In this document: positions 35,296 through 47,980 of the stretch, piece after piece
Position numbering within the stretch: the first letter of the stretch is position 1
Layout: each line of letters starts with the position of its first letter
Assembly (NCBI GenBank): GCA_051942205.1
Contig: JAVECO010000145.1
Coordinates: 1-61,066 of the forward strand
DNA length: 61,066 bases
Direction: 5' to 3'
Source: Coniocarpon cinnabarinum
Taxonomy: Eukaryota
Program-made: the position numbers and the translations under genes
Notes under the pieces: model-generated
Databases searched by the model: none
Seen by the model: the letters and a program-made list of their open reading frames with translations, nothing else
What the model was told of the DNA's origin: nothing

Positions 35296-36587
35296 TCATG
35301 GTGTTCTCACAATCTCGATGACCGATTCTGAAGCGCGATCTCGGGCGAAATAGACCGTCACTACTTGCAAGCCAGAGCGCGCAACAGTATCACGCCACTG
35401 CGCCTCTGTCCGCTCTGATGTCGCTAGCAAAGTCATCATATTAAAATCTTGAGTGACTGTCCATGTGCTTGGCGATTGCTGCGGCACCACCTGTTCGTGC
35501 AGCAGTAGCTTTGTGTACTCTGGTCGCATGGCTTCGTGAAGCCTCTGCAAGATCTGGACACAGGCATCGTCTGACCAGTTGTGGAGTGTTTGACGAATAT
35601 AAAAGCAACGTGGAGCTATACAATTGTGATTAGCCATTGCTTTCTCCCATGTGATACCTTGTACAAGAGGAAAGCAGTAAAGCAATACTCACACTTAATA
35701 GGCTGCGTGGTAAAGAAATCGTGAGCCGTGATCTCGCACAGGTCCGAGGGCGGCGCAGCCAGAATGACATGGGGTAGGTCTTGACTTATGAAGCGTCCTA
35801 GCAAATGTGGCAGCGCGCGCTTGACAGCTATGCTTTTTTGACCCCAACCTCCACCAACGTCAACAAGCATGACGTCGGAGATGCTGGGATCGAAACCATC
35901 TGCAAGCATTTCTTCCACATCGTATACTTCGTGAAGCAAAGAACCATGAGCTCCCCATGTGTTCATGAGCTGTCCAAACGCATTGCCAGTCTCAGGCTGA
36001 GTCTGCAGAACGTCGAAGATAGATTTGCCATTCATGCTAAACGCTCGCTGAAGGGCTGTGTGAGTGGGGTCTACGGGGACTCGGTAATCATCAGCGGCGA
36101 GCAGCGATGGAAGAGCCTTGTAAGCTGCATTGAGAAAGTCCTGGCGTTTGCCAAAGAGGGAAGCAAACGCAGGATCCGAGAGCATCATCGCTGAGGGTGC
36201 GACTACAAGACTGCCTTCGTCGTTTTGCTCAAGCGAACCAAAAGCAAGCAGTGCACGTAGCAGTCTTGAACGCAGCGACTTGGCCGAATCGTTGTCTGCC
36301 TTGGAGACGACATGCTCAAAAGAAAGGGCGTGTTGCTCAGCTGATGCAGTTGCAACTGCGTGGTAGATATTCAAGTCGGCAGCCAAGCGGACGGTCAACT
36401 CTTCGACGGGTTTCTGGACGAGGACGCGGGTCGTCATGTCAGTCTCGCTTTCGAGCGCCAGATGGGTCGCTCTCACGGCATCCTTCAGCTTTGTGCGAAG
36501 CTCACCATCTGGGCCATTGCCCTCTGCAACCGAACTTCGCAGCGTTTGCAGCGCTTCAAGGACCTTGCTAGCATTCTCATGGTCCAT
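35296..36587 (-). CDS. SAM-dependent O-methyltransferase (fungal secondary-metabolite type; 1 intron)
   Basis: LVDVGGGWG, QDLPHVI, AHDFFTTQP, FYIRQTLHNWSDD, ERTEAQW. Confidence 0.92.
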
Positions 36588-37880
36588 GTTAAGGCTGCTA
36601 GATCTGTAAGTATCTGTGAGAAGTGGTGGACAACAAGGCGATATACGTCAATGCAATCACTATCTTGAGTTCTGTGGCAGAAGTTGGGGCGTAGGGAAGG
36701 CCTGATCTTTGCAGCGAATTTCAGTTGGCGGTTTTGCTGATCCTTGCGTACTATTGATGTACGTGAGCTTCTGAAAGACAAGACAGACATGGGCACATGG
36801 GGCGCTCGCCGTCGCCCCCAACCATGACCTCATCTAGTCGCGGATCCGGCCTTCTGATGGGGCTTTGTGAATGAGCAGCTCAATCGGATGCAATGTCATC
36901 AGATGCACCCAAACCAGGATAGCAAGCCTTTGGCTGTAAGGTTAAAAAATCAGCGTAACAAGTGTGAGCGTTCCACCGGGACCAGTGTCAGAGGCAGCGC
37001 AGCAGGTGCAAATTGTCACACAATGCAAATGTGAACGACGTCCGGGACTGCGTAGTGCAGCCATAGTTGTCATTGTGTGGAGAGACATTGTGACTATCAA
37101 GAAGGGTATCTGCCGTTACATTCCTGCTCAAAAGAAGACGGGCTTCGCCGTTTGGTAAAAAACGTGACTTTGAACGAGGGTCACCGTAGGATGTTCTCAT
37201 ATACCTTCGTGAACAGTGTAAATCAGACTGCGAGTGCAATGAGATCATTTAGCATCAGACTGGAGCTGACACGGTCAACTTTGTAAAGCCAAAGAGTTCA
37301 CGTCATGGTCGCTTTAATCTAATCACGTGATCTTGGTCCACCGGCGTCCTCCAGCCTCGCGGACGTTATAGAGAAGCCGCGGTACTTGACGTATACCTAC
37401 TTGCTCTTCGTAGGGCGAGGTCTGTCCGGGACTTGCGCTTGACCTGTTCATAGTCCAACCTCCTGCGTGTGAAACTTCCTAGATGGGATGACTCAGCTAC
37501 ATCGAATCTGTCTCTCTGAATCATAAAATGGGGACCCTTCATTAGACATTAGTTTGATAGACAAAAGGACTCGCGTATTAGACTAGCTGTGTTGGGTTGC
37601 GAGACGTCGGTCAATGTAGGTAGAAGAGAACTGCGTAGACCTTACATGTATGACAATAATAGAGGCTACCAATTACCCGTGCACGGACCAAGCATTGGGT
37701 TGTCAATCAGCATTGCGCTTTCCTTGCGAAACTCTGTTTCACAACCCGTACTCTTTGCTTCACAAGCTCTTCCTCAAGTCTCTTGGGTCTCTTCCGGCTC
37801 CAAATGATGTCCAGGAGTCGTCGGCTCCATGCCAAGCGATTTGCAAGACCTTCTTCGTGCTCCTTTTGTTTTCCAACTGC

Positions 37881-38300
37881 TCAAACCCGAACCACACCCG
37901 CCCATCCCAGGGCGAGCATCCCCAAGCACGTTGCATGCACTATGAGATGCAGAGTCGGCTCTAAGATCCATGCGCGACGACTTCTAGAGATCGATCCCAT
38001 TTTGCCTTCCTCTTTGGCCATGCCAATTCTCACCAATCTTGATGCCGCTCTCGAGAACGGTGCAGTGTGGTAGACCGCCAATGCGCCTGCTACATTCTTC
38101 GATATGTTGCTGTTTACTTGCGACTCGTTCATCATCACGCACGCGATGATGATAGAAGCGAGGAGGAGGATAGCGTATTGACGTACGATGGCGTGGGCCA
38201 GCGGTATCTCCCTGTGGAACTGGTACGACGGCGTCACAAGAAACGTTATGCAGGCCGGAACTTCAACGAGAATATGGGCAAGGAAAGGATAGCGAAGCAT
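37881..38300 (-). CDS. Small multi-pass membrane protein of unknown function
   Basis: ~139 aa with about 4 hydrophobic helices: PFLAHILVEVPACITF, HAIVRQYAILLLASII, VAGALAVYH, PTLHLIVH. Confidence 0.65.
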   Translation of the reverse strand: MLRYPFLAHILVEVPACITFLVTPSYQFHREIPLAHAIVRQYAILLLASIIIACVMMNESQVNSNISKNVAGALAVYHTAPFSRAASRLVRIGMAKEEGKMGSISRSRRAWILEPTLHLIVHATCLGMLALGWAGVVRV

Positions 38301-38559
38301 GGGCAGCGAGTTTGGCATTATGAGGATCATGAAGCTGTTGGGGAAGGCACACAAAGGTCCATCCACGTAAGGGGTGAGTAAGCAAACCTTGTCTTGGCGC
38401 CTGAGCATGCCACGAGGCTGCGTTGGACGGCTTGCCTCAAGCTGATAAGGGATATAAGCTTTGTCTTCGATCTTGGTATACATGCTGCCCGCCACAACGC
38501 CTTGAACGCGAGCTCTAGTGATCCCAGCGGCTAGGTCGTACCGTCTCTACCCAAGCCTG

Positions 38560-40309
38560 CTATGCAGAAATTGTCTCGGAAGTAGGGTTCAAGCTGCTCC
38601 TTCCTTCACCCGCCATCACCTCTACCCCGGGCGCGGAAGAAACGGCATCATGTTGGGGTGGATGACTCTTTTCATGGTCTACGAAGTCACTGCCACCTTC
38701 GTGCATAAAACCTTGTTCCGTTTGGAGAGCCTGATCCATTGAGTATTCCTTAACGAAGAAGCTCGATGCTAATGCGGTCGCTGCCAGAGCGCACATCACA
38801 ATCCATACGTCTGTGAAGGCGTTTGCAAAAACTTTCGCGAGCGCTTGTGTTTCTTTAGACTGCTCGGGCAAAGCATTGATCATCCTGATCAACGTCGTGG
38901 CATCGGTGGAGTACGAGTTTTTGATTTTGGACAAATCTGGGTTCGCATCGAGAAGGATCCTGAGTCGATTCTGGAAGATGGCGCCGCCTACAGCGACTCC
39001 AAGAGCCTCACCCATGAAGCGGAAAAATGCTATCATGCCTGTTGCGATTGCAATGTGCTCTTGCGGCGCAGAAGCCATGACGGATATAACTGTCGACGGG
39101 AACAGGAGGCCCGTTCCAATACCAACGACGATGTTCAAGAAAATCCACTGCACAATCTTTGTTCTTTCATCAAGGAGACAGAGTAGACCCATCCCAAGAG
39201 TTGCAAGAGCCCATCCAAGGTGTAAAGCCCACCTATATCTTCCGAAAGAACTGCATGCCCAACCAGCAACTGTAGCCAATGGTACGATGGTGAACGTTTC
39301 TGGGAAAAGAGCGACACCGGAAAGAATAGGGTTGTACCGTAATACGGCCTGGTAATAGAGCGGAACATAGTATAGTAAGCCCCATAGCAATATGCCTTGG
39401 ATCGAAATGCCGTAATAAGTCAGGACTCCAGACCAGTTTGAGAAGATGACGAGTGGTATGAAAGTCGCTCTCGTCAAGGCTTTCTGATACATCGCAAACC
39501 CGATCAGGCCACACAAGCCAGCTATTAAAGGCACCAGTGTGTGCCAGCTTCCCCACGAGAATATGACGCCTCCCCAAGTCACTGATAGCAGGAAAGCGGT
39601 TGTGGAAAGGGTAAAAGCCACAATGCCAACGTAGTCTATCTCTCCTAATCTTTCTCGTATCTGGTTCGATCGTGACTGGAGCCGCAAGAACAGCAGGATC
39701 ACGATGGTTGAAAGACCAATAAATGGGAGATTGATCCAGAATACCCATCGCCACGTCACGTTCTGCGCGAACGCTCCGCCAATGACAGGACCTGTCACGC
39801 TACCCAGTGCCCAGACGTTCATGATGAAGCCGACCCATTTCCCACGCTCTCGAAGGGGTACTAAATCTGTAATAAGCACTTCGATGAGGACCACCATACC
39901 ACCACCGCCAAGTCCTTGAATCGTGCGGCCAGCTAAGAGTATTTGAAAATTGCCGGCACATCCGCATAAGATTGCTCCCGCGGTAAAGAAGGCCATAGCC
40001 ATGAAAAGTGCATTGCGTCTGCCGCAGATATTGGATACGGAAACCCATGCTGGCAACAGCACTGTTGCGGCGAGCAAGAATGATGTTCCAGCCCAGAACG
40101 CGTCGAGCGCATGTCCGTGCAGCTCGACGGTCATCATCTACCAGCGACACATACTTAAGTACGGGTCATGAATGATCCCGTAGGTTTTCGCTTACCGGTA
40201 AAGCCACGGAGATCGAGTTTGCATCGAAAGCGGACGCGAGGGTAGCAACCGACAGGCCCGAGAAAGCTGCTTTGAGTTTCCATGTAGGGCGAAAGTCATC
40301 GTCTGCCAT
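38560..40309 (-). CDS. MFS drug:H+ antiporter-type efflux transporter (14-TMS type; an extra 5' exon is possible)
   Basis: AFDANSISVALP, SNICGRR, GRTIQGLGGGG, ITDLVPLRERG, GPVIGGAF, WRWVFWINLP. Intron at ~40141-40195. Confidence 0.9.
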
Positions 40310-41614
40310 GGTGTGTATGCTTTCCTCGGGCTGACTGTCAGCAAAATTTGAGTACGGAAGAGGGATATAAAGCTCTGCAACAGAAAAATAATGAGATCGC
40401 TCAGGCAGAACGACCCGCCTGCATCGCTTGATGTGAAGCTCGCAAGCCTATCTTTACCCCTTTAGCACGTATTTAGAGGCTTGCGACTTGCGTGCAGAGT
40501 TCCGATTACTGCACCACCGGTGGTTCGAAGTCATGTGCTGTTGTCCTTCGATTGGATGATCTAACATGACTTCGATCTGTGAAGAGGGTCGTCAGGCAGA
40601 TGCGGCGTAGCAAGCTAGATGCCCAAAGCAGGATACGAGGCGTGAGGCCGGTCAGACACACAAGGTTCGACGACATGGCTACCACAACGCCACTTGAGGT
40701 GCTTCTGGATGAGGAAGATAGACTACGCATGTTTGGCCCTGTCTGTAAACTGTGAGCAAGATGATCAGTGGCAGCAAACCTACCTAGGATCAGCGTTTCA
40801 GCCTCATCCTACCTGACGTGCCACGGTCGTGCATACATGACAGCCTCCCTGTAGCTGTCGCGTTGCGAGAGCATCTTCTTGAGAATTTCGACATCCTGCG
40901 TTGAACCGATGCGCATGCTCGGCACTAAAGATTACAAATACGAAGGAAAAGCCTTGGTTCGCAATTTGCGTCCAGGCGGACCAGACCATATAAAACATTT
41001 TCTGTCGTAAGATTACAATCGATCCCGTCGTGCATTTCGCTAAGCGAAAGTGAATACCAAGAGAATGACGAGCAGATCACCATGGAGCTTCGATCCCTGC
41101 GCCAGGCGTCCGGCTGGCAAGACTTCTTGGGATTGGATGAGGCGTCCTCACACAGCTTAGCTGCAGAGGGACCATCTCACAGCGTCTGAAGCCACGAAAG
41201 CCGGACGTGTCTAGCGTCTGCCTTGTTGGATGGATCCTTTCACTCGGGACAAGGCTGTCCAAGAAGCTGCAATCATTTACCACAACTCCCTCAACTTCAG
41301 GCAATGCAGTTGCATCAGGCAAATCTCCACTGCGCGCACGTAGATATTTGCATCCTCCGAGTCATCTGACTATTGTCTGTGGCCTCACGGGGTCTTCTGT
41401 GCATTAAGCTACTGTTCCATTTCGTGCTTCTCGAGTGTAAGATCAAGCTTCGTACTCGCATCGATGTGGTCCAGATCTCACTACGTTGTACCAGACCAAG
41501 GCATTTTGCATCGTATTTAGTACCCTCTAAGGTTTTATCTGCTATTCTACTCAGTTACCTCTCATCAATCACCGTACGCTTTGGACTAGCCGGAACTCGT
41601 GGACTTGCGATAGC

Positions 41615-43028
41615 ATGGACCAAGTCAATCTCCTTGCTGGATTTCGCTGGTCCTGGTGGAAAATTATCCAACCCCTCTTTTCCCTCATCTCTTCTCTGCA
41701 GCATCGTCTGCAATGGAACAACCGTCTGACATCCTCAAAGCCAAGTGCTCTACATATCGTTGGGTTAGCGACTGAGTGGCCACCAAAAGTTTACAGTCCA
41801 GATGCGTTTGAACAATATGTCCGGAGACATTATAACGTCGAAGAGCATGGGTAAGCAGATCCTCAACGTCTTGCCATAGCCCCTCGAGTACTTTCTGCAT
41901 AGACTTCACCAATGCCTTGAGGAAGTTTCCTAAGCAAATGAATAGAATCCAGAAACTACTCGAGGTAAACAGGAGAACCGGCATCTCAACGCGGGCGGTA
42001 GTTGCCCCTTTCGAACACCCTTTATGGAATACCAGCACCTCTGCTGCACCGAGACCTACCAGCCGCGAGGTGGGGAATGTCTTCCGTGAATATGGTACAA
42101 GACTTGCGGTCAAAGCATGCCACAAAGCGATCGTCGAATGGGGTGGCCGAGTGTGCGATATCACTCACGTCATAGCGGTCACCTGCACCGACTCAGGCAG
42201 CCCCGGTTTCGACCAGCAGGTTGTTACCGAGCTCGGACTTCCACACGATGTTGATAGGATGCTACTTCATGGCGTTGGCTGCGCTGGTGGTCTTGCACTT
42301 CTTCGCGCGGCTCGCCAGCTAGCAGACGGAGCGACACTGCATGACCGCCATGCTAATGTGCTCATATTCGCTTGTGAACTTACCAGCATCCACGTCAGTG
42401 TCGAATTGGAGAGCGCCAGCAGTGGGTCTGATTGCGGCATCGGTCCAGTGTTGTTCAGTGATGGATCTGCTGCTTCAATACTCACGAACCAGGCATACGC
42501 AAACCGCACACACAGCCCAATATATGAATTAGTAGACACAACAACTGCGCGTATTCCCAATTCGGCATCTGCAATGAGCTTTCTGCCAACTGAACTCGGT
42601 ACGTGTGTGGTCTGAGGTTCACTCAGACTTTCCATTTAACGATTCACACAGGTTACAAACTGGGATTGTCGCGCGAAGTCCCTCGGATTGCAGCTGGGTC
42701 CATTATGCCGATCTTCAATCAAATGAAGCCAGTATTGGCCTCTGATTTCAAGGATGCTTCATTGCTTCATCCCGATGCTTTCGACTGGGCTTTGCATCCT
42801 GGAGGGCGTGCGGTTATTGATGGAGCGGTCAAGTGTTGCAGTATCGATCATGACAATTTGAGAGCCACAGAAGAAATTTACAAAACAAGAGGCAATCCCT
42901 CAAGTGTGGCTGTGCTTGCTGTTCTCGACAAGCTACGACAGATGGGTAGTGGTAGGAGCCACATTATAGCTTGCAGTTTTGGCCCAGGGGTGACAACCGA
43001 GATGGCTTATCTAAAGCGATGTCGCTAG
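41615..43028 (+). CDS. Type III polyketide synthase (chalcone-synthase-like; 2 introns)
   Basis: Catalytic triad motifs LLHGVGCAGGL (Cys), WALHPGGRAV (His) and GNPSS (Asn); also ITHVIAVTCT, LFSDG and SFGPGVTTE. Introns at ~41851-41945 and ~42599-42651. Confidence 0.95.
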
Positions 43029-43254
43029 CCAATTGGGTTATTACTGTTTTTCAGAGGTTTTGCAAAGCGCAAAGAACCATGATGCAAGCGGAGCAAACGT
43101 TCAAGCAATCGTTTGGGATAGAAGAAGCCTGATGGTACGTCAGGAATGACATTCCTTTGCTCTGGAAAACAACATGAAATGACGTTTTGTGAACATATTA
43201 CCAGTCCATGCACTATTAAGTCGCCGCAGAGGTGCGATACGTACTAATTCTTGA

Positions 43255-44671
43255 TCATTTTAGCTCTGCTTCGATAATCGATTCCGCACTGGGCGGGCCC
43301 CTCCAGATCTTGTTAATTTTCATACCTACAGAATCAAGAAGTGTCTCCCATTGTCGCTGTGTTCTTTCAGCTCCAGCAGGCATCAAAAACATTAATATGT
43401 CGCAAGATGCTTCAACCCAGCTCGCTCCGATGTTAGGAAGCACCAGCTCTTCAATGAGAATCTTGGAGTGCCCTCTTGTCATGGATGCCCCAACGTTGGA
43501 GAGGATCCTTTTAGATGCTTCGTCTGACCAGTCGTGGATGATGTTCCGCATGAAATAAAATTGAGCACCTACTCAAACTGTGTCAGGGTCATATCCCGTA
43601 CCGTTAAGTGGAGAGAACACCCAAGTCATACCTTTCACAGGTTCCTGTTCAAAAAAGTTAAGTGGAACTTTCTCAATGTTGCTTAAAGGTCGATCGATAC
43701 TGCTCAGCGTCTCGGGAAGATCTTGCAGTATGCAACGACCTTGCAAGTTGGGCACGGCGTTCTTGAGGTCCACTAGATCATGGCCACTTCCACCTCCTAT
43801 ATCCACAATAAAGACAGACTCCCGAGTCTGCGTGGTGGTTCCTGCTTGGTAGATTTGTGCGATGGGAAAGGTTTGGAACCAAGGCTGACGTACACTTTTC
43901 CTGCGTCCAGCCATGAAATTGTCAAACGCTTCTTTGTGCTGGCTGTTGCTTCGGAAGTACTCGAACATAGGCTTCCCATAGGTAAATTCGAACGGGTTTA
44001 GTTGTGAGGAGCCGTTCGCCTTTTCAGATCGCACAGCCTCTAGAAACGAGGGCATCTTGCCAGCGATTGGGAAGAGCAGCTCCACCCTATTCTTAGATCA
44101 GTTGTTGGTGCTTATCCACTCGGAAGCAAACTGACATATTCTTCGTCGCTCCTCTTTGCTCTGGCGTGTTCAACTCCTCGGCTGCCGGGTTTGACTTGTA
44201 TCGCTTTTCTCCCACTTCATCGCAAATGCCACGTGATACAAGCACCCGCATGACGCGAGCTGGAAAATGTCAGGACGTACACTAAGTAACTTTCTTGCAG
44301 GCAAACCTGCTTATCAAGTCTTCGTTGCAGTGCAATTGCTGTGCTAGCTGATTTGAGTCCACAGAGTTACCCTCGTGATGAACGATGGCATGCAGGAGTC
44401 CCATTTCTCCGGCCATCAAATAGCAAACGTTCTCGATTGGCTACTTATGGTGTCAGGGCTTCTGGGATTGATGACAGTACTTTGCGGGATGACTCCAACT
44501 TACGAAGAGTCTCTGTTTGGCATAGATCAGCCCAGGAGCTTGAATTGCACGTGCCGTCTGCTCAAGGCCTCTGGCTGCATAAATTCTGGCCATGGGTTCC
44601 TTTGTGGACTGTGATTCAACTTCATTTTGAAGCTCTTTAAGCTTCTTGTCTATGTTTTGGAAGACGGTCAT
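43255..44671 (-). CDS. SAM-dependent O-methyltransferase (spliced)
   Basis: IVDIGGGSGHDL, LQDLPETL, NFFEQEPVKG, YFMRNIIHDWSDE, AERTQRQW. N-terminal exon starts MTVFQNIDKKL. Confidence 0.9.
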
Positions 44672-45906
44672 GGTTGTTGGAGGATTCTTTTGCAGACGTC
44701 TGAACAAACGATTTTGTAGGATATCCCGTAAGCTTGCCGACGACGATCGTCGCCGCTGCATTGCAGCACACTGCCCATGCACCTATACACGGGTGAAGAG
44801 TGAGGCAACCAGGCAAAAGCGCATCAAGCACGCAGCATCATCCTTTGCAGAAAGTTGGCTTGAGGGTACTACGCTGGAAGAATGGCTCCACTTAGAGGCC
44901 AGTCGGGAATGAAGCGGAGTTCAGATACCGGCGCTTTAACGTTGATCGATCATCAAGCAAGAAGCAGTGTGGCTTGTCAGGGATGCCAGACTGTATCAGG
45001 CAAGAAGGCAGCCAGCAGCTTCGAGGCACACTGGGGTGAGACGTGGGCCCCCGATTGCAGGGGCATGCAGCGTCGCATGTCACAGTCACGCGGCTCCTGT
45101 GATGTAGTCAAGAACAATGAGGCAAGGTTTCAGCGGCAGCCACTTTCGGTGATTCTCAAGGCAACTTAGTAGTTTGCATGCACGGCGGCTCGATTGATGC
45201 GGCTCAGCGCCGAGCGTAGGGGTACCCTGGACGTATGGCGCTTCATAGGCTGGAAGCTGCAGGCGTGAGGGAAGGGATGCACCTGCAAGGGAGTCAAGGC
45301 TCAACGCATTTTCGAGGCTACAATGCTTGATATTTACCGCATGAGGACAGACAACCACCCCCTATACCTGCCACAGTGAAAGTACGTGGCAGCAGAGTAC
45401 GTGCATAGCGGGTGAGCGGGCGAAATCCGGCCGGGAGCGGGCAATAGCGCCACTAGCGCCCCTAGCTCTACTTTCTGTAAACTGTCACGTGCTGGGATCA
45501 ACCCCCCCAGCCTACAGCTACTCTGTGCTGCTGAGGCGCACTGCTGACCTTGCATGGATACTGGCTCCGCAGCGCGGCTTGCGCGACCGATCATCGCAGG
45601 CAGCGACGCCGCAATGCTGCATACTTGTCTGCTTTACCGCAGAGTAAGCGGCATGGGCATGGGCATGGGCCACGAATTGGAATCGTCATCTAGATCACCG
45701 GCCTGGCGCTCGGATACGCACTCACAGTCTCGTTCTCGTCTTTATGCAGTTGGCTCCGGAACCACCTGCCCAAGCTTCGCAATGATGTATATGTATACAT
45801 ATCGAGCCTAGGCCTTGCTGTCCTGAGCGTAGCCCGGAACTGCTTATCTGCAAAACACGTAGACCCTCATCCTGTAAGCTTCTTGATCTTTTCAAAGTAA
45901 TCGACA

Positions 45907-47281
45907 ATGGCGACACATGCATACGGCGGCAAAGGCCCTTTGATATTGGGTATCAACCTAACCGAGGCCATCATTGCAACAATTCTCGTTTGGGCTCGTC
46001 TTTGGCACAGATTTTTAGCCAAGCCAAGATCACCAGAAAAATGGTCACTGATATGGGTTACAATAGCCTGGGTTCGTATGCGCCCTCGACGTTCTTTTTG
46101 TAAGCGATTGACGAAGGAATCACTGAACATAGGCTATTGGCATCGTTTCCTCGGCCACACTGACTGTTTCTGTTTCATACGGCATGGGAGTACACTTGCG
46201 GGAACTGGAGAAGGACCAAATTGCATTGTCATTGAAATGGGTCTGGATCACACAATGGATCGTGATACCTAATTACGCAACTGGCAAAATTGCTGTCATC
46301 GCATTCATCCTCGAACTGCAAGGCCCCACTTGGAGAAAAATGCGATCTTTCATGATATTCCTTGCCATTACCAATGTAAGGGGTCGATACTATTCCGCCA
46401 ATCTAATACGCCTCTGGATACAAATACTGACACAGTAATTTGTAGGTCATCGTCGGAGTCATAACAATGGGTATATCAATCGCAAGCTGTGATCCAGTCA
46501 ACAAACTTTGGTATGTCTGGACGCCTGGTGTCTGTTATTTCACCAGAGGGACATGGACCTCTTATTTTCAGGCAGGTAGGTACAGCACTCTCAAATATCG
46601 GAAGCTTCATTGGCTTATCTCATCTCGCAGCTTGGAACGGAGCCACCGATTTTTTTCTTGCTTTGTATCCTTCTGTGATCATTTGGAAATTGCAGATATC
46701 CAAAAGACTCAAGCTTGGTCTGAGCCTGTTGCTCGGCCTGGGCGCTTTTATGGGCGCTTGTGCCATCATGAAAGGGGTTCAAGTTGGCAAAGTTGAGACA
46801 CAGGTCGACCCCACGTGTAAGATCCAACGAACGCGTCAGTCGTACTTCTGTGTGTGCTCACATCTATTCAGATGAGCTTTGGCCTCTGCTTCTCCTAGCT
46901 ACGTAATTTAAAATCTCCTTGCAAGAGAACAACGATGGTTTGTTTCGCTAACTGTGGATTAGAACTGAGATGTGGGTCACAATTATTGTTCCTTGCATCC
47001 CTCCACTTTGGTCTGTTTTCAAGAAAGCATACTTTTCAACATACCAGACTCTTATCAGTCGATTGAGCTCTGAGAGACTTCATGCCTCGTACGGGAAAAC
47101 ATCATCAGAAGCTGGTAGTTCGACACGCGCTTTTGCTACTTCTGGACGCAGAAGATTCGGCCAGTTCAGCCTCTTTGGTAGTGGCAACCAGAGTAACGCG
47201 GCAGTGCACCGGGGTGATGAGATAATGATGACAAAGCAGTGGACTGTTGGGACAAGTCAGGAGCAGGTCAGAAGTGTTTGA
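45907..47281 (+). CDS. PTH11-like (fungal rhodopsin-domain) integral membrane protein (several introns)
   Basis: YGMGVH, TGKIAVIAFILEL, SCDPVNKLW...PGVC, WNGATDFFLALYP..IIWKLQI..RLKLGL, EMWVTIIVPCIPPL. Confidence 0.85.
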
Positions 47282-47980
47282 TCAGCATCAACTCATCTGA
47301 ATGCATAGCGAAAGTGGAGGGATTCTGCGGACCAAGTGGAATGATTTCAATGATTGTTTTGCGTTTTTCACCGAATCGAACTGCCATCTTGGGCTTTTCT
47401 CCTCCATAGATAATAGTTTTAACGAGAGGAGCTACTGTACAAATGCGTTGCCGAGCAGCAACATAAAGCAAGAGTAAGATATCCCCTGTCTCACTATAAA
47501 TAAGTTTATTGCTTTTAGATTACATCGATCTCCATACACATGCTTTGCGAAGCTTATCCTTCATCCAAGAGTAGAAACAAAAGCTGCAGGCGATGATCTG
47601 ACCACGAATAAACGCAATTGTGAAAGAAGCATACGTGTGAAGACATCGTTGAGGCACCTATCGACATGTTCATCGAGATTCATGCACATGGAACCTTGCG
47701 CGTCTCACCTACCGTTGAGAAAATTAAGCCGGTGCGGCTGACGCCTTCATCAGCTCTATTCATGGCCAGACTAATGCCCTGAAGTGGAGTATGCGGTCCA
47801 TGCCTGTGTTACAATTTGATTGGCTGTCCGCGTGCTGCCGAGACTTGATATCCCTTCAAAGGCAGAACGAGGCGCGCCGCCTGGATTTAGCTGCCTGGTT
47901 CAAAAACAATCGGCCTTGAGAGCTTTCTTTCCTAACATATTCTCCGATGCTGTGCTCACTTCAGTACAATACCGAAAAAC

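Noticed and set aside
35296..44671. Idea that the two PKS-cluster OMTs replace the missing MysB
   Set aside because: They are dimerisation-type secondary-metabolite OMTs (DxGGG...HxW), a different family from MysB, and lie more than 20 kb away around the PKS.
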